From a virus, in IMG/VR virus record IMGVR_UViG_3300042013_000056, positions 32,001 to 96,000 of that record: a DNA stretch of 64,000 nucleotides, one strand, 5' to 3'. Below the pieces are notes generated by a model. The model saw only the letters and a program-made list of their open reading frames with translations. It was not told the origin of the DNA and ran no database searches. The stretch's first letter is position 1. Every line of letters begins with the position of its first letter. Positions 17,666 through 25,458 of this stretch are shown in pieces. Position numbers and translations under genes: made by a program.

Positions 17666-17887
17666 TTAGATTTGGTCCGGGGTCATATGGCATTCATTCA
17701 AATGTTTAGCCATTTCACCGTGTGTATGACCATGGCGGGCCAGCATCCCATCCGCCAACGATACCAAATGAAGATTAGATACCCCGGTGTTTGCCGGGTC
17801 ATACCCGATAATGTATTGTTCAGAGCCATTTTCAGACCATACACGCCGACCGGGTTTGATATCTGTAGCTTCCCATTCAAATTTCAT
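17666..17887 (-). CDS. Hypothetical protein
   Basis: Start moved to ATG 17887 (MKFEW). Confidence 0.62.
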   Translation of the reverse strand: MKFEWEATDIKPGRRVWSENGSEQYIIGYDPANTGVSNLHLVSLADGMLARHGHTHGEMAKHLNECHMTPDQI

Positions 17888-18116
17888 TTTGAGCCTCGAC
17901 AGGTTTGATAGAGTTGATTGGTTTGATTGGGTTGCCCCAGTCGTCGTGCGTTTCACTGCCCCGATATGGGCTAGCCTTGATTGTGATAACCCGGCGAATT
18001 ACAACACCAGTACCACAACACAGGGCCACTACTGTTAAATGCCGGTCGGATTGTTCCACGTTCCATTCGGCGGCGGTATTCAACCGCAACTCACCTTTAC
18101 AGTTTGGACATTCCAT
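17877..18116 (-). CDS. Small Zn-finger protein
   Basis: CPNC ... CC. Confidence 0.6.
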   Translation of the reverse strand: MECPNCKGELRLNTAAEWNVEQSDRHLTVVALCCGTGVVIRRVITIKASPYRGSETHDDWGNPIKPINSIKPVEAQNEI

Positions 18117-18508
18117 TATTCATTACCCCAGACAGAACGCAAGCAACTAGCCAGCGACGGGAACTTATCACCGTCAAACTTTCCCTTTGTACCCTTGGGA
18201 CGGTAAAAGAATTGATTGTCAATCTGTTTCAGAACGTGGCCGATGGTCTTACCATCCAGCGTAATTGGCTCAACTACCACAAGCTTTGCATATGCCTTGA
18301 TATCAGCTTTCAGCTTACCCATGGTTGGGGCTTTCTTGCGGTCCCCATTGAACGCTACAGCCTGATATTCACGACGGGCGCGCAGGTATTGCACCTTGAA
18401 CACAACACCGCCACAAACGACTTCCACGACGTTCAGGCCGGTGCTAATGATACCCACAGTCAGTTCTGATAGTTCGAGTGGAGTATCCTGCTTTTCGTAA
18501 ATGATCAT
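18116..18508 (-). CDS. Hypothetical basic protein
   Basis: Coupled starts and stops on both sides. Confidence 0.7.
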   Translation of the reverse strand: MIIYEKQDTPLELSELTVGIISTGLNVVEVVCGGVVFKVQYLRARREYQAVAFNGDRKKAPTMGKLKADIKAYAKLVVVEPITLDGKTIGHVLKQIDNQFFYRPKGTKGKFDGDKFPSLASCLRSVWGNE

Positions 18509-18684
18509 TACACAGCCCCTGTATAGGTTGTTAGTTCAGATTCGCGGAATGTACCAGCATCACGGCCAGAATTTCCAAAGGTGCAAGAATAGAATCCAAA
18601 GTCATTAACGCTTTTGATGGTCATCCAAAAAACGCCACCCTTGGCTTGAACCGGGTCACCTTTGGAAAATTTGTTCGCTATCAT
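18508..18684 (-). CDS. DUF2158/YodC-like small SH3-barrel protein (58 aa)
   Basis: Hand-translated FSKGDPVQAKGGVFWMTI...C.F...GTFRESEL; own promoter. Confidence 0.55.
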   Translation of the reverse strand: MIANKFSKGDPVQAKGGVFWMTIKSVNDFGFYSCTFGNSGRDAGTFRESELTTYTGAV

Positions 18685-18759
18685 GATTCAGTTCCTTGTT
18701 TCGGTTGGTGTATGGTCATTCTAGCACGCACACACCAACCGTCAAGGGGTTTGATAGAA

Positions 18760-18939
18760 TTATTTTAGGTGGCGCTCCCAAATGTGAATAATGATACAGC
18801 CGTCCCGCATCTGCATCTTGTACCCGGCCCATTTATCCGACATGAAATTACCGGAAAAATCGTACACAACACCAACCCATTTAGACAGTCTCGCTAAATT
18901 CTTTTGTGCCTTACCAGCCGGGAGCGTGATGGTTCGCAT
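18760..18939 (-). CDS. Small hypothetical protein (59 aa)
   Basis: Hand-translated MRTITLPAGK...; AGGTGA upstream. Confidence 0.55.
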   Translation of the reverse strand: MRTITLPAGKAQKNLARLSKWVGVVYDFSGNFMSDKWAGYKMQMRDGCIIIHIWERHLK

Positions 18940-18950
18940 GGTGTCACCTG

Positions 18951-19214
18951 TTAGGCTTGAACGCCAAAGTCATAGAACAGTTGATAATCGTTCTTTTCAA
19001 CCGCTGCAATTGCTTCAAGAATATACGACTGCATTTGCGTATGATCTTCTTCGCATGTCACCGCTTTAGCCCGAACGCGTGCTACAGCCTTTTCGTCTTT
19101 GGTGTCAGCGGTTGCCAGTTGAAACGACATCATATGATGTTTAACACCTTGACTGTTGATATACGAGATATCTACAAACGCCTTGATAAAGCCGGGGGTA
19201 TGGATCATTGGCAT
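18951..19214 (-). CDS. Hypothetical protein
   Basis: AAGGAG upstream. Confidence 0.68.
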   Translation of the reverse strand: MPMIHTPGFIKAFVDISYINSQGVKHHMMSFQLATADTKDEKAVARVRAKAVTCEEDHTQMQSYILEAIAAVEKNDYQLFYDFGVQA

Positions 19215-19226
19215 AGCGGTAACTCC

Positions 19227-19469
19227 TTATAGATAGTCATTGATGTAGCGGGCAAGCTCAGCCAATATAACGGTTTTTTCAGTGTTGTAGCACTGCATAA
19301 AGTCATTGGCAGAAAAAACGTATACAGCATGATTCAGTGGGTCTGATGGGATTTTGTACACATCCAACCGGATTTTCCGCCCACTTGGCGCAATCATTAC
19401 AGATTCTATAACCTTTTCAGCTTCGCGACCTTCAAGGCATGCGATCTTTTTGATTTCACCGATAGCCAT
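19227..19469 (-). CDS. Hypothetical protein
   Basis: Duplicated leader with AAGGAA. Confidence 0.7.
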   Translation of the reverse strand: MAIGEIKKIACLEGREAEKVIESVMIAPSGRKIRLDVYKIPSDPLNHAVYVFSANDFMQCYNTEKTVILAELARYINDYL

Positions 19470-19527
19470 GATGTTAATTCCTTTTCGGTTGGTTTCTACT
19501 GACTCAGCCCCATTTAAGGGGCTTTGT
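19466..19527. repeat. Duplicated hairpin+leader+RBS unit (second copy 20557..20624)
   Basis: Near-identical about 62 bp, including AGCCCC-ATTTAA-GGGGCT. Confidence 0.85.
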
Positions 19528-19535
19528 CGTTTGGG

Positions 19536-19811
19536 TTATTCCGGGTTGCGGAATCCGTCCGAGTTTTCAGCTTCCAGTTCGGCAAGCGTTTTCAGCTTCG
19601 GTGCCGGGGCGTTGAAATCAATTTTCGTACCACCACAGCGATAATGGGTTACGGTCACTTCAAACCCGCCAGCATCGGGGAACCGTTCTTTAATGATGTT
19701 GAACAGGGCTTGTGCCTCATGTTCGCTAACCGCCGAGCGTGCATCTGTAGCGAACAAGTGACGGCCTTTATAGCTAACGTTGATTTCGTAATGCGATTGG
19801 ATGCCAGCCAT
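19536..19811 (-). CDS. Hypothetical early protein
   Basis: Own promoter, AAGGAA. Confidence 0.72.
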   Translation of the reverse strand: MAGIQSHYEINVSYKGRHLFATDARSAVSEHEAQALFNIIKERFPDAGGFEVTVTHYRCGGTKIDFNAPAPKLKTLAELEAENSDGFRNPE

Positions 19812-19888
19812 GATATCGATTCCTTATTTCAGTTGGTGTAGGGATATTGTAGCGGGGTTGTATGTTTGATACAACCCCTTTGATGAAA

Positions 19889-20143
19889 TTAATTTGGGAA
19901 CATGTAATAGCATGTATCTATGTAATATTCAATCCCATTCGTATCATCATGCACAAGGAAAACTTTGTTGGTGACTAGGCCGTGTTTGATTGCTTCTTGC
20001 TGGCATTCAGTCACCAGCGAATCAACGTAGTGTGTTGCAACCGAATCAGAGCATTCATTGACGGCGCGAATTAGGGTTATTGCATCTTGACGGCAAAGCG
20101 AGTTAACAGCGAATTTGCGGTCGGGGCTGGTCCAGTTCGACAT
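19889..20143 (-). CDS. Hypothetical early protein
   Basis: Own promoter, AAGGAA. Confidence 0.7.
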   Translation of the reverse strand: MSNWTSPDRKFAVNSLCRQDAITLIRAVNECSDSVATHYVDSLVTECQQEAIKHGLVTNKVFLVHDDTNGIEYYIDTCYYMFPN

Positions 20144-20227
20144 TTTGAAATTCCTTGTTTGCGTGTTTCGGTTGGTGTGATTGAATGATAAAACCCCCTG
20201 ACAACCATGTCAAGGGGTTTGATAAAA

Positions 20228-20560
20228 TTATTCGTATCTGTCGTGGATTTTTGCCGCACCGTGCCACGATTCACAACCTGTCATTTTCCGCATCGCATCA
20301 GAGAACCGCGAATCACTGGTTGCCCCGAAGTTCCCGCCGAACATGTGCCAATTCTTGGACGTTGCCGGGTCTTCACACACGATATAGACCACGCCTTTAA
20401 CGGTTGGGTGATTGACCAGCCATGCCGCTGGGGCGTCCTCAGAAGGCTCTAGCGGGCCTTCAACGTTAACCAGCGTTAGACGGCTATACCGTGAAGATAC
20501 ACCGCCGTTAGTGCAATCGTAACCATCAGCGGAACGGTATACAGAGATTAGCAAGCCCAT
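20228..20560 (-). CDS. Conserved phage hypothetical (DCTNGG...MFGGNF..TSDSRF...HDR.E)
   Basis: Recognisable widespread motif set; duplicated leader. Confidence 0.75.
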   Translation of the reverse strand: MGLLISVYRSADGYDCTNGGVSSRYSRLTLVNVEGPLEPSEDAPAAWLVNHPTVKGVVYIVCEDPATSKNWHMFGGNFGATSDSRFSDAMRKMTGCESWHGAAKIHDRYE

Positions 20561-20624
20561 GATGTTAATTCCTTTTCGGTTGGTTGGTGTTTCTACTGAC
20601 TCAGCCCCATTTAAGGGGCTTTGT

Positions 20625-20894
20625 TTAATTCTTACTCAATTTATGCGTGCCTATCTGCACCTTGCCATCTTCAAGGATTTTTACGTCCTTGAGATAATCC
20701 CCGTCGATCTTGACCCATTCATTACCAGCACCGAAACTCATTTGCTTTTCAAGCCGTACCGATATGGGTTGAAATTTAATGCGGTAGACGGTCCCACTAG
20801 GCGCAACCACTTGCATATGCCCCCAGCGATCCGTAGCCCAGCCCAAACCCTCTAAGGCTAATTGCACCACTTCCAAATGAGATTTCTTTTTCAT
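20625..20894 (-). CDS. Hypothetical early protein
   Basis: Own promoter. Confidence 0.7.
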   Translation of the reverse strand: MKKKSHLEVVQLALEGLGWATDRWGHMQVVAPSGTVYRIKFQPISVRLEKQMSFGAGNEWVKIDGDYLKDVKILEDGKVQIGTHKLSKN

Positions 20895-20968
20895 GGTTGT
20901 CTACCTGTTTCGGTTGGTGTATGAGCATTGTATAGGGGTTGTATCAAACCTACAACCCCTATTTCGAT

Positions 20969-21292
20969 TTATTTTTGCTTGCGGTGTGCGTGTGCGACCT
21001 CATTAAAGAACCGCTTAGGGACTTTCTTATATTCTCGCCCATCAGCATCACAGAACCATTCCGGCAGTGTGCCGTTTTCACCGTCGCTCATGTATGCCCA
21101 TGCTCGGCGGTCGTCGTCATCGCGTACCAGAACGATATCCCACCGGCTGCCCTCGGTTGGTTCAGTCTTGGACATTGCCAACGCTTCTTTATACGTCCGT
21201 GAGTGCCAATGCTCTATAACATCATCTTTCGCGAATTCCGGTTGATCGATATCCGATACTTCTTCACAGTCCCACTCATATGCAACAGCCAT
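20969..21292 (-). CDS. Hypothetical acidic protein
   Basis: Co-oriented, AGGGG upstream. Confidence 0.7.
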   Translation of the reverse strand: MAVAYEWDCEEVSDIDQPEFAKDDVIEHWHSRTYKEALAMSKTEPTEGSRWDIVLVRDDDDRRAWAYMSDGENGTLPEWFCDADGREYKKVPKRFFNEVAHAHRKQK

Positions 21293-21295
21293 GAT

Positions 21296-21679
21296 TTAAA
21301 CCCCTTTGATTGCTTGGATTTTGCCATCGGCAAAGTAAACCACGATATTGGACAACAGTTCGCCAATATCATCTTTTGTATTTGGTTCACGTACATAAAA
21401 ATCAATGATAGCCCGCCCATCGTCTGAGAGTTCCACACCTTTAGTGAATTCAGACCATTCAACCGGTGACCACAAATCGGTATCAGACCAGTCGTCAAGG
21501 TCTGCCAACCGAGTGACGCGGGCAATGTTGATATTGTTTTCCACACCTTGAACTTTGATGTTGACACGCTCGCCAACTTCGACTGTTACACGTTTTAGGC
21601 CAACTTCTTTGCGAGCCGCTTCACGTATTTGCTGGCATTCTTTGGTGCTAGGCTTCCAAACATTACCGATGATCGACAT
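21296..21679 (-). CDS. Hypothetical early protein
   Basis: Own promoter, AAGGAA. Confidence 0.72.
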   Translation of the reverse strand: MSIIGNVWKPSTKECQQIREAARKEVGLKRVTVEVGERVNIKVQGVENNINIARVTRLADLDDWSDTDLWSPVEWSEFTKGVELSDDGRAIIDFYVREPNTKDDIGELLSNIVVYFADGKIQAIKGV

Positions 21680-21757
21680 TTCAAAATTCCTTGTTTCGGT
21701 TGGTGTGATAGCAGTATAGCAAAGGGGTTGGTTTGATACAACCCCTATTTGATTAAA

Positions 21758-21976
21758 TTATTCAGCCAGAAACTTAGCATATGCGGCTTCACGTTTCGCC
21801 GTGCATATGTCGCGGGAATCGGTCAATTGAACTTTTTCAGCACAACCAGCGGAATAGCCAGCCTGAAACGCTTTAAAGCCATTCGGTTGGGCTTCTGGAT
21901 TGAATGGGTTTTCTTTATAGAACCCAAGCGAGCCAGCCCTATAAGCGTATTCAAAGATTTCCTTTTTGCTAGCCAT
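21758..21976 (-). CDS. Hypothetical early protein (AY..G...G...NPF...G..AG pattern)
   Basis: Own promoter. Confidence 0.68.
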   Translation of the reverse strand: MASKKEIFEYAYRAGSLGFYKENPFNPEAQPNGFKAFQAGYSAGCAEKVQLTDSRDICTAKREAAYAKFLAE

Positions 21977-22050
21977 TTCGTGAACCCCTGATTTGGTTGG
22001 TGTAGGGATATTGTAGCGGGGTTGTAGGTTTGATACAACCCCTATTTGAT

Positions 22051-22269
22051 TTAAATTTTGTGTGGTGCGAACGTGATACCTTGGGCCTGACCTTCAAATC
22101 CCCGGCAAACCGCTTGGGCCTTGATTGCAGCAGCTTCAGCCAGTTCCAAAGTATCGAACTGCATAGCCAGCTTGACAGAGCCCATGCAAGCGGTTCCCCA
22201 AGTCGGGCACCATGCGTGCAAGTAATCAGAACCAAACTTGCCATACGTGCGTTTTATTACATAAGCCAT
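22051..22269 (-). CDS. Hypothetical early protein
   Basis: Start moved to ATG 22269; own promoter. Confidence 0.68.
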   Translation of the reverse strand: MAYVIKRTYGKFGSDYLHAWCPTWGTACMGSVKLAMQFDTLELAEAAAIKAQAVCRGFEGQAQGITFAPHKI

Positions 22270-22341
22270 GATCAAATCCTTTTCCGTTGGTGTATGAGCA
22301 TTGTATAGGGGTTGTAGGTTTGATACAACCCCTATTTTCAA

Positions 22342-22815
22342 TTATTTGTGTTTGGTCATGGCTTCGGTAAGGTCTGCAATCAGCTTGCGTTGTTGGCCAA
22401 TTTCCCATTCGATTTGGTCAACCACGTACACCGCTACGCCTTGTTCTTTGTTACCGTTGGTGACTTTGCGACCCATTGCCTTGGCTCTATGCAAATCATT
22501 GTAACGGGTGGCGTTTTCGATATTACCAATAACCGCTGTATCGGCCACGTTGTCAAACACAATCGGCATACGACCCGAACCGGTGACAATGATGTAACCT
22601 TTAGGGGCTGTTGCGTTGAACGCTTCCAGTCTAGCTATGTAAGCCTCAGAGTCAGTGATAGCGGTTTTAATGAATTGCAGGGCTTCTGGTTTGATTTGCA
22701 TGGTCTTGGCCTTCTGGTTGATGTGCTTGAGGCACAGGGCGAACGTGGCTGCATAGTTGTCACCGGCTTGAATGATTTCTTTCGTCATCTTGTGGGCTTG
22801 GGCAAATGCGTTCAT
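22342..22815 (-). CDS. Hypothetical early protein
   Basis: Own promoter (67-bp repeat). Confidence 0.72.
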   Translation of the reverse strand: MNAFAQAHKMTKEIIQAGDNYAATFALCLKHINQKAKTMQIKPEALQFIKTAITDSEAYIARLEAFNATAPKGYIIVTGSGRMPIVFDNVADTAVIGNIENATRYNDLHRAKAMGRKVTNGNKEQGVAVYVVDQIEWEIGQQRKLIADLTEAMTKHK

Positions 22816-23039
22816 GTTCGTGTTCCCTGTTTCGGTTGGTGTGTAGAGATTATGGGACTATATCAAACCCCTGTCAACAGGTTTGATACAAATATTTTAA
22901 ATTATTTTCATAGGCAATTGCCATGCCAACACTGATTTGCGGTCGTCAATCCATTTTCTCATATTTTTCGTGGTGCTGTCAACTACAACAAACAAAATAA
23001 AACCCGGCTGATTAGACCGGGTTTGGCATGGTGTTTGAT

Positions 23040-23264
23040 TCAATAGGCAGTGTGGGTTTTCAGTCGTACAAAATGTTTGCCGTTTGGCAGGTCAATAACA
23101 ACTTCGACGCCACCAACGCACAATTGATAGTCACCGTTGATTGTCAGCCAATGCAACGTGCCTTCAAAGTGGCTATCAGTGATAGTCCCGAGGGTTTCGG
23201 TGTCATTGTTAATCATGGCTTTCAGATTCAACAACGCATGATGATTGTAAGAAGTATTAGACAT
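23040..23264 (-). CDS. Hypothetical protein
   Basis: Coupled to upstream ORF; terminator at about 22996-23023. Confidence 0.62.
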   Translation of the reverse strand: MSNTSYNHHALLNLKAMINNDTETLGTITDSHFEGTLHWLTINGDYQLCVGGVEVVIDLPNGKHFVRLKTHTAY

Positions 23265-23650
23265 TACCCACGCCCCCAGATTTCATTATCAGCAATCCCG
23301 AACGCTTGCATAACATCAGCCATCGATGCATCAGGCATGCCCGCCAGTTCCAGAACCGTCGCTCGGATCATATCCCGGCTTTCAGTCATTAACGCGATGT
23401 CTTTATCAGACAGTTTGATATAGCCAATCATGCCCAGCTTTGTATGTGCTTTGATCAGGTCAACCAAACGCGGCTTGAGTTCGTCAGCGGTTTGACGGAT
23501 ATCAACCCGGCTAAACATATGGGATTTGTGGTTAGCCAGTTCATGAGCGGCTTGATCCATATTATCGAACGGTTCGGAAATGAACTTGAGTTCTTCGATG
23601 ATTTCCGAATCGGTTTGGGTAAAGCTACCAGCTATTACGGTGAAAGACAT
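23264..23650 (-). CDS. Hypothetical early protein
   Basis: Own promoter, AGGAG. Confidence 0.72.
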   Translation of the reverse strand: MSFTVIAGSFTQTDSEIIEELKFISEPFDNMDQAAHELANHKSHMFSRVDIRQTADELKPRLVDLIKAHTKLGMIGYIKLSDKDIALMTESRDMIRATVLELAGMPDASMADVMQAFGIADNEIWGRG

Positions 23651-23725
23651 GGTGTAACTCCTGTTTGCGTTTGTGTGATTGAATGATACAACCCCCTGAC
23701 AACATCGTCAAGGAGTTTGATAGAA

Positions 23726-23998
23726 CTATTTCATCCAGTTGTTCATGGTACGAATTGAGATACCACGCGGGCGACTCTGATACTTAAACGAGTATTCCAG
23801 CCATTCCCACGCCTTACCAGCACGAACCATGCCCATTAGGCGTTCAAGCTTACCGATACGGCGGAACACCTTGAGGCTAACAAACTGTGGGCTTTCCCAC
23901 TGATAGCCATCCTCAGAACCCACACGAACAAACCCATGGATAGACAATAGGTGGTCGCGTTCGGCTTCAAGTGCTTTGTAATATGCGGTTTTGGTCAT
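23726..23998 (-). CDS. Hypothetical early protein
   Basis: Own promoter, GGGAG. Confidence 0.7.
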   Translation of the reverse strand: MTKTAYYKALEAERDHLLSIHGFVRVGSEDGYQWESPQFVSLKVFRRIGKLERLMGMVRAGKAWEWLEYSFKYQSRPRGISIRTMNNWMK

Positions 23999-24067
23999 GT
24001 CGATAACTCCCGGTTGGTGATTGAATGATAAAACCCCTTAACCGAGTAGTCAAGGGGTTTGATAGAA

Positions 24068-24445
24068 TTATTCTGCTTTGCGTTCGATATCCCGGAAATA
24101 CCCTTGGGCATCCATCACAGCATATTGATCGCTACCATACCTAGGATCAGTTTCCAGCCACATAGCCGGGTCAAGCTTCCCACCGGCCTTGATATGAGCT
24201 GTAACGCGGTCACAGAGTATCTGAATGGCTTCCTGCGCTTGTTCACGTTCATCAGGAAAGAAAACCATCCCGTCACAATCTTCGCCACCGTCTACGGCTT
24301 TAGTAGAATCGAACTTGACCGAATGCACCCAGCGTTGACCGTTCGGGGCTTCAACCATCACATAGAAGCGTTCGCCTATGTAATCTTCGCCGTCCTCAGT
24401 CACGCCAGCCTTGAAAGCATCCGATCCGATAAAAGCTTCTAACAT
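24068..24445 (-). CDS. Hypothetical acidic early protein
   Basis: Own promoter, GGAGGA. Confidence 0.72.
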   Translation of the reverse strand: MLEAFIGSDAFKAGVTEDGEDYIGERFYVMVEAPNGQRWVHSVKFDSTKAVDGGEDCDGMVFFPDEREQAQEAIQILCDRVTAHIKAGGKLDPAMWLETDPRYGSDQYAVMDAQGYFRDIERKAE

Positions 24446-24520
24446 GGTAAATCCTCCGATTGGTTGAATGCTAGATTAGCACAGCACCAATCGAAGTCAA
24501 GAGGTTTGATACAAATATTT

Positions 24521-24646
24521 TTATTGAATCACCAATATAACCGTAGAAAGAAGAAAAGCTATTAACCACACAACCGCAAATAAATTGCTTCTAACATCCA
24601 AATTCCACGCAATCAACCCGACGATTAGAACCACTATAAGAGCCAT
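24521..24646 (-). CDS. 41-aa membrane micro-protein
   Basis: Hand-translated MALIVVLIVGLIAW...; AGGGG upstream. Confidence 0.55.
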   Translation of the reverse strand: MALIVVLIVGLIAWNLDVRSNLFAVVWLIAFLLSTVILVIQ

Positions 24647-24648
24647 GC

Positions 24649-24828
24649 TTAAACCCCTTTGATATAATCCGACAATTCAACCGCAAATGAAACCACGGTT
24701 ACAACCCCAGATGATACCACAGACATTTTAAGCTGTGCAATGGTCATGGGTTCAGCAGCCCGCCACAACCCCAGCAACGATAAGACAAGGCAGCACAACG
24801 CAAAGATACCTAGAACCACGGGAACCAT
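24649..24828 (-). CDS. 59-aa two-TM micro-protein
   Basis: MVPVVLGIFALCCLVLSLLG... Confidence 0.55.
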   Translation of the reverse strand: MVPVVLGIFALCCLVLSLLGLWRAAEPMTIAQLKMSVVSSGVVTVVSFAVELSDYIKGV

Positions 24829-24965
24829 CCAGAAAGAACTACAGTTAAACCACCATGGACAATCAACCAACCCGCTAACCATTTACCAACAAACAAACCA
24901 CCACAAACCCCAGCAGTACCAGACAATAAGCAATACAACATCAATAAGAATTGCTTATGGGTCAT
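24810..24965 (-). CDS. 51-aa membrane micro-protein
   Basis: MTHKQFLLMLYCLLSG... Confidence 0.5.
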   Translation of the reverse strand: MTHKQFLLMLYCLLSGTAGVCGGLFVGKWLAGWLIVHGGLTVVLSGWFPWF

Positions 24966-24984
24966 TTGATTTGATTGGTTGTAT

Positions 24985-25122
24985 TCATACCCCCAGCACC
25001 TTAGCCAATGGTGTGAAGAACCCAATAGCCAGCATTGACCCAATAGCAAAATATCCACCACAGACCAGCACAACCGAAAACGCCCACAGAACACAATCTT
25101 CAACAAAACTTAAAAAACCCAT
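24985..25122 (-). CDS. 45-aa membrane micro-protein
   Basis: Hand-translated MGFLSFVEDCVLWAFSVVLV... Confidence 0.5.
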   Translation of the reverse strand: MGFLSFVEDCVLWAFSVVLVCGGYFAIGSMLAIGFFTPLAKVLGV

Positions 25123-25316
25123 TTGATCACCCAAACAATAATATCCAACAATTCAAGGATGGCAATGACCAAGCAAATAACCATTACCCCAATAGAACAA
25201 TCCAGAACCCGCCCACGCCAGCCGGAAATCGAATCACCCTCATCATTGGCAATCAACCAGAATGATACACCAACCCCAATAACCAAAGCCACAAACCAAA
25301 TCAAATATCCAACCAT
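25110..25316 (-). CDS. 68-aa two-TM membrane protein
   Basis: Two hydrophobic helices. Confidence 0.6.
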   Translation of the reverse strand: MVGYLIWFVALVIGVGVSFWLIANDEGDSISGWRGRVLDCSIGVMVICLVIAILELLDIIVWVIKWVF

Positions 25317-25332
25317 ACCCGCCCCCAGAATA

Positions 25333-25458
25333 TCAAAATGATCTACGGATCAAGTCAACCATTAACCATAGAAAGAATACCAATACACAACCAAGGCCAG
25401 AACACCCAACCCCTAGAAGTAATCCATACAACAACTGTTCAAGCTTCTTAATCAACAT
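25333..25458 (-). CDS. 41-aa membrane micro-protein
   Basis: Hand-translated MLIKKLEQLLYGLLLGVGC... Confidence 0.5.
   Translation of the reverse strand: MLIKKLEQLLYGLLLGVGCSGLGCVLVFFLWLMVDLIRRSF

Larger units (their letters stand above)
8769..22332. repeat. Dispersed 25-bp palindrome GGGGTTGTA-N7-TACAACCCC containing the -35 element
   Basis: Copies at 8769, 12186, 12584, 15470, 15796, 16077, 16390, 19854, 20935, 22018, 22308, and a 3-nt-deleted copy at 21724. Confidence 0.92.
6160..24520 (-). promoter_or_regulatory. Array of about 35 related sigma70-type early promoters with TATCAAAC boxes and A/C-rich leader
   Basis: TTGACA/TTGACT/TTGTAT/TTGCAA + 16-17 nt + TAGAAT/CATAAT/TACAAT/TATCAT/TATAAT at about 6160, 7093, 7680, 8317, 8761, 9285, 9566, 9943, 10328, 10737, 11050, 12178, 12576, 13026, 13612, 14244, 14925, 15462, 15788, 16069, 16382, 16766, 16922, 17636, 18717, 19846, 20182, 20927, 21712, 22010, 22300, 22849, 23681, 24022, 24470. 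Confidence 0.88.

Noticed and set aside
8769-22332. Repeated palindromes as a CRISPR array
   Set aside because: Intervals are hundreds to thousands of bp and contain genes; the repeats carry -35/-10 elements; no cas genes seen
8769-22332. Palindromes as tyrosine-recombinase or integron attC sites inverting whole cassettes
   Set aside because: The 9-7-9 shape fits, but genes next to oppositely oriented cores are still co-oriented, and no recombinase or integrase is in the window; kept only as local loop inversion
22880-22975. 29-codon ORF MRKWIDD...KYLYQTC between a terminator and a promoter
   Set aside because: No RBS, no matching -10 for the nearby TTGACA, and it ends inside the next promoter
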